64,000 nucleotides of DNA from Dendrobates tinctorius. Lineage: Eukaryota. Numbering within the stretch: position 1 is the stretch's first letter; every line of letters begins with the position of its first letter. A program made the position numbers and the translations under genes. Below, one piece after another: positions 48,980 to 62,614 of the stretch. The notes beneath the pieces were generated by a model. That model had not been told where the DNA came from. It saw nothing but the letters and a program-made list of their open reading frames with translations, and ran no database searches. The stretch spans positions 9,052,001 through 9,116,000 of the forward strand of contig NW_027361818.1 of the NCBI RefSeq assembly GCF_039654945.1, read 5' to 3'.

Positions 48980-51900
48980 CGGACATCTGGCTGTGGGGCC
49001 CTCTTTCTGACATCTATTCACCTCGGTAAGCTGCATTGTCTTTATTATTTCTTCTTTGGGGTCACTTGACCGGAGCGCTTACAAACATAGGATTATACTG
49101 TCAGACGGGTGCCCCTTTGCTTGCCTGCATGTTCCTTGGTGCACTATGACTATTTTGTTATACCTTTTATGTATTTTTGTATGTACAATAAACATTTATA
49201 TTTATTTATTTCTTTTGTTTCCACCGTTTACTAATACATATAAGGACCGGGAATTCAGAGACCATAAAAAAACATATTGCAATAATATTATATAAGTTTA
49301 TTAATATTGCAGCACTGTCACAGTACTAGGAATTGAATATACCATAATGGATGTAACTGGGTACATTGAAACACATTATTACTATAACTGTAACCTCATC
49401 AACACCCAAAACATAATTAATCTAAACCTAGAACTTTCCTGTTTTTTGTATATATCCACAAAGAAACCTATAGATAAAAAGAACACCAAAATCTCAGAGT
49501 TCAGCAGCGTCTTGAGATGCACCGAGGGCAGAGATTTCATGGAATAACATCCACTTCGCTTAGGGTGTGTGCACACGCTGCGGAATCTGCTGCAGATTGA
49601 TCCGTGCGGATTTTGCAAAATCCGCAGGTAAATCCGCAGATCAGTAGACCTGCGGTTTATCTGCGGATTAGCCTGCGGTTTTGCCCTGCGGTTTATCACC
49701 TCTACAATGGAGGAGATGGCAAACCGCAGCGGAATCCGCAGAAAGAATTGACATGTCAATTCTTTCTGCGGATTAGAAACCGCAGCAAATCCGAGTGGAA
49801 AAGTCCACACCGTCTGCACTGCGGTTTCCATTTCCCATAGGATATTATGGTACTGTACACCGCAGCAGAAACATTTAGACCGTGTTAATGTAAGAGGGTG
49901 AAGAGGAAGAAGAGCCAGAAGGTGGATACCTCTCCTGCTCCGTGTCCGGAACCACAAAGCTGGGCAGCAGACTTGCTGTGGGGGGGAAGACTTTCTGACC
50001 AGGACTGACTGCACCATGTGACTGTAAGGGGCAGTTGGGGGAAGAGAAGGGGCAGTGGACTGGAAGCTTTGCAGGCTGAGGGCGCGAAAGCAGAGCTCTC
50101 CAGAGACAGAGCAGCGCGCGTCACGTAGAAAGCAGGCTGCAGCACCACGCTCCAGGAGAGAGAGAACTACCTGTCAGAGGACTGGGACTGCAGGATGAGA
50201 TATAGAAAGTGCTGCCTGTGAGTATGTGGATTCGGTAGCCCTGTGACCAGAGGAGGCTTTCCCCTTGACCCGTGCGCACAATCCCGGTGCCCGCGGTGAC
50301 AGGCCAGAGCCTCTGAGTGTGGCAGAGACTTCCCAATGTGCGCAGCATTGTTCCTGTGGAGAGACCGACAGTGTATCATTCAGAGACTTAGAGCAGGGGA
50401 GACTCAGGTTCGCAGCATCTCCCTGCTTCCTGCTTTAACCCCTGAGGTCCCAGCTTCATCAAGAGGAGAGACTACAGAGACTACAAGCGCCGCTGTTGAC
50501 GGTGCCAACGTGGGAGAAACAGACGCTGCAATCAAGCTTTCCCCGGACTGATAAGTTACAAGAATTCCAGTTTAACCATTTCAACTCTGCATAACTGTTT
50601 TATAGCTTTCCCTAGCCTTTTTACCGCTTTACCGTTTACGCTGTCATTTTTAACCCCACTGCTTCTCCCTGCGTGGAGAGTCTATTCCCTGTAAATAAAC
50701 CCTTTACTCTTGATCTGTGTCTGATCTGTGGCGACATCCTCAGTACCTGCAGTTTATTACATTCACATATAGCGTAACTGCTGCATTTTTTCTGCTTTTT
50801 TTTTTTTTTTTTTTACACAGAAATCTTGCTGTGTTCAACTGTCCAAGCAATGTGGTTGTGATTTCATGAAAACTGCGCCCCTGTGATCTAAAGACGCCGC
50901 TGATCTGTGCGATTTTGGTGCTTTTTTTCTCTCATCTTCTATGTGGAACCTAAAAAAAAGGTCATAAAAACCTGCAGATACTTTTTAAAGTGCAAAACAC
51001 AGTATTTTTGAACCTTGTGAACACGGCCTTAAAGACACAGACAAGTCAGACGTCGTATAGTGAAGCTACATGAAAAGAAAGTTTTGGCGGATCTGACAAT
51101 AAATGAAGGAGGAAAGAATAAAAGCACAGGTCCCAAGTAGAGAAGAGCAGGACTCACAGATGACATACTGCTGCCCTGGGTAATCAAAAGCCACGCCAAG
51201 GATGCAGGTTGGTAAGAGATTTGTGGCCTCCCATCCAGTCACCAGGTACCCCTGACCTGGACACTGGACTAGTGACCCGTGAATCAATCTGCTCATCTCT
51301 TGTCCCAGTGAAGCAGGACTGGGGCACACGTATCTGTGTTTGCTGTTGGCGGGAGTCAAGTTCTGGTTGCCCCATAACCCATCTTTTAAATGGATGTCTG
51401 GGTGGAGTGTGCGGAGTGGTGGGGTACGTTCCTTACTCCCTTTTACTTCGGGAGCCTTCATTACCTCCCCTTCCATGGGACTGGTTTTGTCTACAAACAA
51501 GACAGAAATCCTTGGCTCCATTTTAACAGGTTCGTCTTTATACTTTCTAATTCCTCATAAGATGGGTCAGGGATTTCTTTTTGCACGTTCCATTTCAGCC
51601 CCATTGAGGTGTTTATTATTTCCTGAGCGTTTTCTATTAGGGCTTACACTCAGCGAGAGACTCGCACGAGAATCGTGTTTTCAACTATGCAAGCTAATAT
51701 CTGGTAACCAGCTCTTTCAATCTCTGCTCTGAATCAACTCCTGTGTTTCTCAACTCCATTCATTGTCAGCAAGCAGTTAATCCTGAATGCTCTATATGTG
51801 TTTTCAACTATGCAAGCTTATATCTGGTATATAGTTATTTCAACTTACTCTGCTTGTCCCCTTATGTTGTGAGGTCAAGAAACTTTTCAAAGTGCTTTAT

Positions 51901-52199
51901 GATCCATGTAGTGCTCGACATCTGTTTATCTGACCACAACATTTTATTGGGCCCTGCTGTCTCAATTTAGTTTGATTGATTAACGAGAAGAGAGAGAAAG
52001 AAAAATCTAAGCCTTAGCCTCCTATATATTCAGACTTAGCTTGGGGGAGCATTTATGCAGGGGGCATTTATGCACAAGTAATCGAAGTACATGTATCAAA
52101 GTACTGGCAGTTATAACATGGCATTTAGACAGGGCAGGAGACAGGTAAGACATTTATATACATCTGCTCCCTGTACATTTGGAGTACAACAAATATTTA

Positions 52200-55100
52200 C
52201 CATATGCATTTGTGTCATTTATATCCTGGCCGCTGCATTCACACACATCCACCGCCCTGGCATTAACTCTCTACACTCCATCCATATCCGCCCCTCACTC
52301 CTTTCCTCTCCTATGTATAGCACTCACGCTCTTTTCACATTGTTAAATTGCACAGATCCAGTCAGTCCCACCATTCAACATAAGAGACGCTCTCACAAAT
52401 CACTTAACCATCTGCTCACTCTTTCTATCCTCCTTCTCCTAGTCGCAGGAGACATTGCTCCCAACCCTGGTCCCCCATGTTATAGAAAGTCAAACCCCCC
52501 AACTGCTACACTCAGAAACCCCTCTAATCTTATTAATATTCCCTGCATGCCATCTGTCTCTCTTAATTGTGCACTTTGGAATTCTCGCTCAGTGTGTAAC
52601 AAACTCTCCTTCATTCATGACTTTTTCCTTTCTAATTCTCTTAACCTCCTGGCTCTTACTGAAACCTGGATCCAGCAGTCGGACACTACCGCTGCTGCTG
52701 CTCTTTCATACGGGGGACTACACTTCTCTCATACCCCAAGATCAGACATTAGAGCAGGTGGAGGTGTTGGTCTGCTCCTATCACCACAATGTACCTTTCA
52801 GGTTATCCCTCAAGTACCCTCACTTGTCTTCCCTTCTTTTGAGGTGCATGCCGTCAGACTCTATCTACACCCCCTTCTCCATGCGAGTGGCGGTGGTGTA
52901 TCGTCCTCCCGGCCCCTCCCATCAGTTCCTGGATCATTTTGCCACTTGGTTTCCACATTTTCTCTCCTGTGACATCCCTACTGTTAGGAGTCAGATTCCT
53001 GCATTTACTCAGCAGGGATCCAGATCCTCACATTCTGCACTCTCCTCCTATTTTTCCACTGCAGGGGAGATTGCAGAGGAGATTGCCTTGCAGAAAATCT
53101 CTCCTGAGGCTAAGTCCTTCTGTCCTCTTACTGGGCATGCTCATGGGACGATCTCCCATTGGAGATCGGGAGTCATATGCTCAGTCCCGCTGCTATAAAA
53201 GGCGCGTATGGCTGTTCCGCCATGCGCTACTATAGTCATACTTACTGCTGTGTGTATGAGGATGGATGCATGATTCTGGTGACTCATTTGAAACCCCTTC
53301 CCTCTGATATTACGCATGTGAATAGGGACTGAGTTAGTTTCAGCGCCAGTGCTCCTCCGTTTCAACTTGCACAGCTGCTAGCGTCCGACATTGCGCTTGC
53401 GCCTTGCCTTTGTCGTTTGGCGACAGTGTCCACGCCGTGCTGCAGTAGCAGCCTCCTTTGTGTTCGCAGTTGCAACGCCGCGCACACGGTAGGTCTAGAC
53501 GGACGTAGTGCCGCCGTCTTGGGCTACTCCTGTGACCGTACACCGTGTGTGCATTTTTTACTGAGTACTGTGACTACAACAGGCTCAGTTATTTGTGTTT
53601 GTACTTTTGACATCTCCGTGAGTTTAACTGAGATTGCTCTGCACACCTGGGTGGACTTTAACCCTGTGTGCAATTCCGCCATATTGCTCCTGCCACCACT
53701 TAGCAGCGGTTATTTCACCTACTGCACGGTGGACCCCGAGCGGTGAACGCACTTTATTTATATTTTTATTTAGTGCGTTCCGCCGTTCCTAACACCTACC
53801 CTCATCATGGGAGATTTCAACATCCCCTTTGCTCTTCCCCTCTCCCCATCTGCTACTCACCTTTTATCTCTAACCTCCTCGTTTGGCCTTTCGCAGCTTA
53901 CTAATTCTCCAACGCATGAAGACGGAAACTCCCTCGACTTGGTCTTCTCTCGGCTTTGTGAAGTGGATGATTTTGTAAACTCCCCTCTCCCGCTCTCTGA
54001 CCACAATCTTCTTTCATTCTCTATCAAGAACTGCCAGGCTGCTCAGGTCACCCCCACTGTCCATACTTACAGAAACATACAGGCCATTAACACCCAGAAA
54101 CTTATGAAGAACTTGCAGTCATCATTGGCCCCTATCTCCTCCCTCTCATGTCCTGATTCTGTATTGAAGCATTACAATGACACACTTCAAAGTGCCCTGG
54201 ATGAATTTGCACCCCCTATAAATAGAACACCAAAACACAGATGGCGACAACCCTGGCACACCCTGCAAACATGTTTCCTGCAGCAGTGCTCCAGGTGCGC
54301 CGAACGTCTGTGGAGAATATCCAATCTACACGAAGATTTCATCCATTATAAGTTTATGCTTAGAACATACAAACCTGCCCTTCACCTCTCAAAACAAACC
54401 TATTTCAACACCCTCATCACCTCACTGTCCAATAACCCGAAACGTCTCTTTGACACTTTTCATTCTCTACTCAACCCAAGAGTACACGCCCCAACCACGG
54501 AGCTCCGAGCTGACGATCTGGCCAATTGCTTCAAAGAAAAAATTGACCAGATTCAACAGGAAATTATCTCCCAATCACCTCATATCATGCACTGTCCTCC
54601 CTCCCCCACTGCATCTAACTCACTCTCTGATTTTGAACCAGTCACAGAAGAAGTAAGCAAGCTCCTTGCATCTTCTCGCCCAACCACTTGCACCAGTGAC
54701 CCATTTCCGTCACATCTCCTCCAGTCCCTTTCCCCTGCTGTCACCCCTCACCTAACTAAAATATTTAACCTCTCTCTCTCTTCTGGTATCTTTCCCTCCT
54801 CATTTAAGCATGCCATCATACATCCACTACTAAAAAAACCATCCCTCGACCAAAACTGTGCCGCTAACTATAGACCTGTCTTTAATCTTCCCTTCATCTC
54901 TAAACTCCTGGAATGCCTGGTCCATTCCCGTCTTATCCGCTATCTCTTTGATAACTCTCTTCTCGACGCTCTCCAATCCGGTTTCCACTCTTTACACTCT
55001 ACTGAAACTGCCCTCACTAAAGTCTCTAATGATCTACTAACAGCTAAATCAAATGGTCATTATTCCATGCTAATTCTCTTGGATCTCTCTGCAGCATTCG

Positions 55101-56534
55101 ACACTGTGGATCATCAGCTCCTCCTCACTATGCGCCGTTCCATTGGCCTCAAGGACACCGTTCTCTCCTGGTTCTCCTCCTATCTCTCTGACCGCTCCTT
55201 TACTGTATCTTTTGCCGATTCCTCCTCCTCTCACCTTCCCCTTACTGTTGGGGTTCCTCAAGGATCGATTCTAGGCCCCCTCCTCTTCTCCTTGTACACT
55301 GCCCCTATTGGTCAAACAATCAGTAGTTTTGATTTCCAGTACCATCTCTATGCTGATGACACCCAATTATACGCTTCTTCTCCTGACATCACGCCAGCCT
55401 TTCTAGAAAACACCGGCGATTGTCTAAGCGCTGTGTCTAACATCATGTCATCACTATATCTGAAACTGAACCTGTCAAAGACTGAGCTCCTTGCGTTTCC
55501 TCCCTCTACTAATGTACCTATACCCGACACTGCCATTTCCGTGTGTGGTTCCACTATTACTCCCCAGCAACAGGCCCGCTGTCTTGGGGCCATACTTGAC
55601 TCCGAGCTTTCCTTTGCCCCCCACATACGATCACTGTCTCGCTCTTGTCATCTGCACCTCAAAAACATTTCTAGAATTCGACCTTTTCTTACTTTTGACT
55701 CTGCAAAAACTCTTACTGTTTCTCTTATTCATTCTTGTCTCGACTATTGTAACTCTCTTCTAATCGGCCTCCCTCTTACCAAACTCTCCCCTCTCCAATC
55801 TGTCTTGAATGCTGCAGCCAGGATCATATTCCTCACCAATCGTTACACTGATGCCTCTACCTTGTGCCAGTCCTTACACTGGTTACCCATCCACTCCAGA
55901 ATTCAATATAAACTTATTACCCTCACCCACAAAGCGCTCCATGGCTCAACACCACCCTACATCTCCTCCCTTGTTTCAGTATACCATCCTACCCGTGCCC
56001 TCCGTTCTGCTGATGACCTGAGGTTAGTATCCACAATAATCAGAACCTCCCACTCCCGTCTCCAAGACTTTACACATGCTGTGCCAATTCTTTGGAATGC
56101 ACTTCCCAGGTCAATACGATTAGTCCCCAATCCCCACAATTTTAAGGGTGCCCTGAAAACGTATTTATTCAGACTGTCCTACCGCCTCAACATATTAACC
56201 TAATCTATCCCTGTGTGGCACAGCCAAAAGTTTTACCATAACCAGGTTCCCCGCATCCTGTTCCCACATGCTTTATACATCCATTAGCCCTCTGTGTCTG
56301 TACTGTTACACACTTAACATTATGGCTGGTCCATACAATCAGGGCAACTGTTACCACCCACCTTTCGTGTCTACCTCTTTCCTCATAGACTGTAAGCTTG
56401 CGAGCAGGGCCCTCATTCCTCTTGGTATCTGTAATGATCTATGTGATTATTGTTATGCTGTAATGTCTATTGTCTGTACAAATCCTCTCTGAAATGTAAA
56501 GTGCTGCGGAATATGTCGGTGCTATAGAAATAAA

Positions 56535-56571
<37 letters not shown>

Positions 56572-56572
56572 G
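52200..56572 (+). mobile_element. L2 LINE (APE-RT ORF2 largely intact), interrupted by a solo LTR
   Basis: [63 protein letters not shown]; (TTA)n tail at about 56538-56572. Confidence 0.93.
52982..53794. mobile_element. Solo LTR within the L2 endonuclease
   Basis: TGTTAGGA...TCCTAACA termini; TSD CCTAC at 52977-52981 and 53795-53799; removal restores [11 protein letters not shown]. Confidence 0.9.
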
Positions 56573-57029
56573 TTAATCCATAGATTATTTGTTTGCCTCC
56601 TTAGTGCAGACATATTATTACTTAGGAGATCACATTCATACAGATTTGTTGTGTGCCTTTATCTTATGGGGATCAGGAGGTTTGGTCCTTATATTGTTTC
56701 TATTCCATCTAATATTTGATATGTGATATTCTCTGGTTTACTACATTTTTGTATTCAATTTCCTGCATCTTCTATTCAGCCCCTTTGGGGTATTTATTTG
56801 AGCCCTTCCATTCTACCATTGTCTTTTTTTTATCCACTGCCACCCATGGGAACATAAGATCATCCACAAGCTTATATTTGGCTCTCTGAATTTTGTGTTC
56901 ATTATTACTGTGTCCTTATTCATTTGTATTGGGTCAGCTTCCCATGTGAATTAGGAGGGTTTGTGCTCCTTATTTTTTTTGATCTAACATCTTAACAGTT
57001 CTAACCCCTGTGTGGACCATGCTCACTGA

Positions 57030-57340
57030 TTAGTAATTACCTCATGTGAATTAGGACTCATCACATTTATACCACTGGTGCTTATGTATGCATGTAATAT
57101 ATATATATAAACAAAATGGAAATCCAGCAAGAACTCAGCAAACCAGGGTTGGAGTAAAATGATGCTTTTCTTTATTTCTTCAACAAGGTATAAAAACGAC
57201 CCACAAGAATCAGAAACCAGAGAACATGGCAGAAATAAGCGCAAATGGGACTACGCGTTTCTGCGGCCTAATCCGCCTTCTTCACGGTCCAAACCTAATC
57301 TGCTCCTTGTATGTGGAGCCATATAAAAGGCAATCCTGAA
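57030..57340 (-). mobile_element. Penelope-like 3' fragment with hammerhead motif (57248-57290)
   Basis: ggac-cGTGAAGA-aggcggattaggccgca-GAAA-cgcg-TA-gtcc followed by AATAAA on the minus strand. Confidence 0.6.
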
Positions 57341-57384
57341 TAAAATTAGTGCAAATAATTACAAACATGTGTATATTGAGACCC

Positions 57385-57625
57385 ACCTCTTCCGACAAGC
57401 CTATAACCTGCAGTAACCACCGATCGACCAAACCGCTGCACGACCAGCTCTACCCTCGCCTACTGTATTATCACCCATCCCTTGAAGATTGTGAGCCCTC
57501 GCGGGCAGGGTCCTCTCTCCTCCTGTACCAGTTATGACTTGTATTGTTTAAGACTATTGTACTTGTTTTTATGTATACCCCCCTCACATGTAAAGCGCCA
57601 TGGAATAAATGGCGCTATAACAATA

Positions 57626-57655
<30 letters not shown>
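57385..57655 (+). mobile_element. L2-like 3' end fragment with (AAT)n tail
   Basis: gattgtgagccctcgcgggcaggg...aaagcgccatggaataaatggcgcta-(AAT)n. Confidence 0.7.
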
Positions 57656-57656
<1 letters not shown>

Positions 57657-57939
57657 TATATATATATATATTTATTGCAATAGTGCCTGCATTTAACCTC
57701 CTCCAATGTTCCAATGTTCTGGCTTTATCTCTGGGTCCTTATATGGATCCTTAGTGGTCTATTCATGATCAATTTGGTGGCCTTTTTTATTGTTTTTAAT
57801 AATATTGTTCTTTTTTGTGTGTTTTTCTGCTTTAATAAAGTATTTTTGAATATATTTTTTGGTCATTATTTTCTGGGTGATCATGTCTGCCATACACACT
57901 ACTTTCTCTTTTCTTTCATGTTATATTACATCAGTGTTT

Positions 57940-60900
57940 GAAGGGATTGAAGCTTGAGGAAGATAATTTGCATATTCCAGGTGCCTTCTGGAAAAAGCGA
58001 AGAGTCTCCCTAAGCAAGAGGATCATTGGATACAGCCGGGACCAGCTGCTTGGAAAGCATCGCCGAACCAAGGATTGAAGCTTGAGGAAGATAATTTGCA
58101 TATTCCAGGCGCCTTCTGGGAAAAGCGAAGAGTCTCCCTAAGCAAGAGGATCGTTGGATACAGCCAGGACCAGCTGCTTGGAAAGCATCGCCTTACGGTG
58201 CGCAAATTTTTGCCTCTAGGACATTATTGCAAGAAAGCTTGGCTGATTGAGTAGATTACACAAGAAGGAAGACACGCAGCAAGTCAGCAGGATCTAGGAG
58301 CAACATGGCAGATGTGACAACCTACATGGTGAGCTGCAACATGTGCTACATGTTCACAGATCGACCAGAAGAAGAATCCAACTTCACCTGCCAGAAGTGT
58401 AGATTAGTGGACCTTCTAGAAGAAAAGGTGCGGGGTCTGGAAAAAAAAATTGCAACTTTGAAACTCATCCAAGAAAATGAAGACTTCCTAGACAGAACAG
58501 AAGCATCTCTACTGGTCACAGAAGGTGAAGGAAAGTGTCAGAGAACCTCCAAAAGCAGACGAGTGGAAGCATGTGACCAAAAGAAGTAAGAAGACCATAG
58601 AGACATCACCAACCACACAACTGACAAACCGATACCAAGGCCTTGCGTAGGATGACGATGGTACACCTAAGGATGAGGCACAACCAGCAAGCAAAGAAGA
58701 AAAGGCCACACAGCAACACCCAGAAGTGACAACAAAAAGTACAGCCAAAAAGCGAAGAAGAGCAGTAGTGGTGGGAGACTCACTCCTGAGAGGCACAGAA
58801 GCAGCCATCTGCAGACCGGATATAACCGCAAGAGAAGTGTGCTGCCCCCCAGGTGCGAAGATCAAGGATGTGACCGATAGGATACCAAAGCTCATCAGTT
58901 CCAAGGACGTCCACCCATTTCTTCTGATACAGGTTAGCACCAATGACACGGCAAGTAAGGACCTACCGACAATCTGCAAGGACTTTGAAGAGTTGGGGAA
59001 GAAAGTAAAGGAACTGGATGCACAGGTAGTTTTTTCTACTATCCTTCCAGTAGACGGGCATGGCACCAGGAGATGGAACAGGATCCTTGATGCGAACAAC
59101 TGGCTAAGACGATGGTGCAGACAACAAGGATTCGGATTCCTGGACCACGGTGTGAATTACCTGTGCGATGGACTCCTCGCCAGAGACGGACTACACCTCA
59201 ACAAACCTGGGAAACACACATTCGCCAGAAGAATCGCTACACTCATCAGGGGAGAGTTAAACTAGAAGAAGAGGGGATGGGAGGAAAAACAGCAGACAAG
59301 AACATGAAACCAGATATTATACTGATGAATGATATGAGGTGTGGCAAAGAAGATCCAAGACAACATACTCAGAAGGGAGGTAAGAAAATTCCTAAAACAA
59401 TCAACAGGGAGGAGATTGGAAGAAAACAAAATTCTCTAAAATGCATGCTTGCAAATGCCAGAAGCCTGACAAACAAGATGGAAGAACTAGAAGCAGAAAT
59501 ATCTACAGGTAACTATGACATGGTGGGAATAACCGAGACATGGTTAGATGAAAGCTATGACTGGGCAGTTACCTTACAGGGTTACAGTCTGTTTTGAAAG
59601 GATCGTAAAAATCGGAGAGGAGGAGGGGTTTGTCTTTATGTAAAGTCTTGTCTAAAGTCCACTTTAAGGGAAGGTATTAGCGAAGGGAATGAGGATGTCG
59701 AGTCCATATGGGTGGAAATACATGGAGGGAAAAATAGTAACAAAATTATCTTTGGCATCTGTTACAAACCCCTAAATATAACAGAAATCATGGAAAGTTT
59801 ACTACTAAGGCAGATAGATGAAGCTGCAACCCATAACGAGGTCCTTGTTATGGGGGACTTTAACTACCCGGATATTAACTGGGAAACTGAGACCTGCGAA
59901 ACCCATAAAGGCGACAGGTTTCTGCTAATAGCCAAGAATGATTATCTTTCACAATTGGTGCAGAATCCGACCAGAGGAGCAGCACTTTACACCTAATACT
60001 ATCTAACAGGGTCACCAATCTAACCCAAGCAGAGGTGCAAAACCGGCTAAATAAGATTAAAATAAATAAATCTCCGGGTCCGGATGACATACACCCACGA
60101 GTACTAAGAGAACTAAGTAATGGAATAAACAAACCATTATTTCTTATATTTAGAGACTCTATAGCGACGGGGTCTGTTCCACAGGACTGGCGCACAGCAA
60201 ATGTGGTACCAATATTCAAAAAGGGCACTAAAAGTGACCCTGGAGATTATAGGCCAGTAAGTCTAACCTCTATTGTTGGTGAGTGGTGAGATATGTGAAG
60301 CGTTTCTGAGGGATGTTATTCTGGATTATCTCAGTGAGAATAACTGTGTAACGCCATATCAGCATGGGTTTATGAGGAATCGCTCCTGTCACACCAATCT
60401 AATCAGTTTTTATGAAGAGGTAAGCTATAGACTGGACCAAGGAGAGTCATTGGATGTGGTATATCCTGATATTTCCAAAGCGTTTGATACCGTGTCACAC
60501 AAGAGGTTGATACACAGAATGAGAATGCTGGGTCTGGGGGAAAATGTGTGTAAAGGGTAAGTAACTGGCTGAGTGATAGAAAGCAGAGGGGGGTTATAAA
60601 TGGTATATTCTCTATCTGGGTCGCTGTGACCAGTGGGGACCGCAGGGGTCGGTGTTGGGACCTATTCTCTTCTGCATATTTATTAACGATCTGGTAGAAG
60701 GTTTGCACAGTAAAATATCGATATTTGCAGATGATACAAAACTATGTAAAGCAGTCAATACAAGAGAAGATAGTATTCTGCTACAGATGGATCTGGATAA
60801 GTTGGGAACTTGGGCCGAAAGGTGGCAGATGCAGTTTAACAATGATAAATGTAATGTTATACACATGGGAAGAAGGAATCAATATCACCATTACACACTG

Positions 60901-61645
60901 AACGGAAAACCACTGGGTAAATCTGACATGGAGAAGGACTTGGGGATCCTAGTTAATGATAATCTTACCTGGAGCAGCCAGTGCCAGGCAGCGGCTGCCA
61001 AGGCAAACAGGATCATGGGGTGCATTAAAAGAGGTCTGGATACACATGATGAGAGCATTATACTGCCTCTGTACAAATCTCTGGTTAGACCGCACATGGA
61101 GTACTGTGTACAGTTTTGGGCACCGGTGCTCAGGAAGGATATAATGGAACTAGAGCGGGTACAAAGGAGGGCAACAAAATTAATAAAGAGGATGGGGGAA
61201 CTACAATACCCAGAGAGATTAGCAAAATTAGGATTATTTAGTCTAGAAAAAAGACGCCTGAGGGGCGATCTAATAACCATGTATAAGTATATAAGGGGAC
61301 AGTACAAATATCTCTCCGAGGATCTGTTTATACCAAGGAAGGTGACGGTCACAAGGGGGCATTCTCTGCGTCTGGAGGAGAGAAGATTTTTCCACCAACA
61401 TAGAAGAGGATTCTTTACTGTTAGGGCAGTGAGAATCTGGAATTCCCTGCCAGAGGTGGTGATGATGGCGAACTCAGTCGAAGGGTTCAAGAGAGGCCTG
61501 GATGTCTTCCTGGAGCGTAACAATATTGTATCTTACAGTTATTGTTAGGTTCTTTAGAAGGACGTAGATCTGAGGATTTATTCTGACAGAATTTTATAGG
61601 CTGAACTGGATGGACTAATGTCTTTTTTCGGCCTTGCTAACTATG
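57940..61645 (+). mobile_element. CR1 LINE, near full length with internal deletion (ORF1 zinc finger plus SGNH esterase; ORF2 APE-RT)
   Basis: ORF1 CNMC..CQKC, coiled coil, VGDSLLRG...DGLHLN; ORF2 ANARSL, GITETW, MGDFN, jump near 60010 to KSPGPD, FADDTKL; 128-bp tandem duplication in the 5' UTR (57944-58192). Confidence 0.92.
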
Positions 61646-61669
61646 ACTCGAGTGTGTGGTCAGTGATCC

Positions 61670-62614
61670 TGTGGCGCCCTGTGTCTTTGCTGCCACAAAA
61701 TGGTCAAATATATACTATTCTATATGTGTTTTGCAATTGATGGGAGTTATGCTTTCTCTGCTGAGACAACTGCACACACAATTTTACCCCACTCCCTTAC
61801 TTGCCTGAAGCTTAGAGCTTTGGAGACGTACCCTAACTGGGAGGGGAGGAGTTTTGTTGTTGTTTTGTGGAGAAGACGGTGTGGAAGAAAAATGGAGAAT
61901 GTTCTGGGAGCAGTGACCTGTGCTGTCTCTAGGAACAACACTGAGGAGAATCAGGGCTTCAGCCCCTAGGCCATCTATGCTTTTAGAGTCGGATGGTAAG
62001 CTGAAAGGCTGTGCGGTTTATACAACCAACGGTGGAGTGTCTTCTCCCAGGAAGACTACAGCAACCAAGAATCAGTGAGAGATTATGCCAGAACGAGCAC
62101 TTGCTTCACACAGGATTCAAGCTCAGACTCTGGGAAACCTTTGTCCCTAAAGGGATTAGAACAGCAGGAAGTTTACACTGAACTCCAGCAGTGAGAGAGA
62201 TAACTCCCATCGTGCAGAGCACTGTATACCTGATGAGAGTTGTATTTTATCCTCTGAACTGTATCTGGACATCAGTAAATGATAAAGTGACTTTCCTTGT
62301 CTCTTGCCTTGTTACTCCGTACCATCTACCTCCATCACTATCTCTGGGGGTCAGCCCTAGTTGGAGGGGGTTAAACACCTGCACTGCTATCACCATCTAC
62401 CCCCCAGAGATCATCTGCAGTCCCGGCTATCTTACAGTCGAACACTCCAACTGGCGTCACAAACTCTTTTTCAAATTTCTTTAATTTTTCTTCATTTTTC
62501 TTCACCCCCATTTCACTGTCCTCGGAGCACAGGCACCGGGCACGGCTGTCACCCCCGTGACCTCCTGAATCCAACGCTGCCCGGCGACCTGAGTACCCCA
62601 CTCTGGGTGATACA
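61670..62614. mobile_element. Solo LTR
   Basis: TGTGGCGCCC...GGGTGATACA termini; 4-bp TSD ATCC; related to 23670-25765. Confidence 0.7.

Larger units (their letters stand above)
44804..49229. mobile_element. Penelope-like element (Poseidon-type GIY-YIG), head-to-head inverted insertion
   Basis: Arms about 44925-47045 (minus) and 47107-49226 (plus), near-identical; 15-bp TSD ACTAATACATATAAG at 44789-44803 and 49230-49244. Confidence 0.93.

Noticed and set aside
49382-50017. 211-aa minus-strand ORF
   Set aside because: Runs across a palindromic MITE and an LTR-like insertion; no recognisable domain.
57944-58192. 128-bp tandem duplication at the CR1 5' end
   Set aside because: Tandem monomers in LINE 5' UTRs are commonplace; recorded within the CR1 feature only.
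60891-61523. 210-aa antisense ORF (also 58509-59099, 46193-46594, 47558-47959)
   Set aside because: Shadow ORFs opposite RT, esterase or GIY-YIG coding frames.
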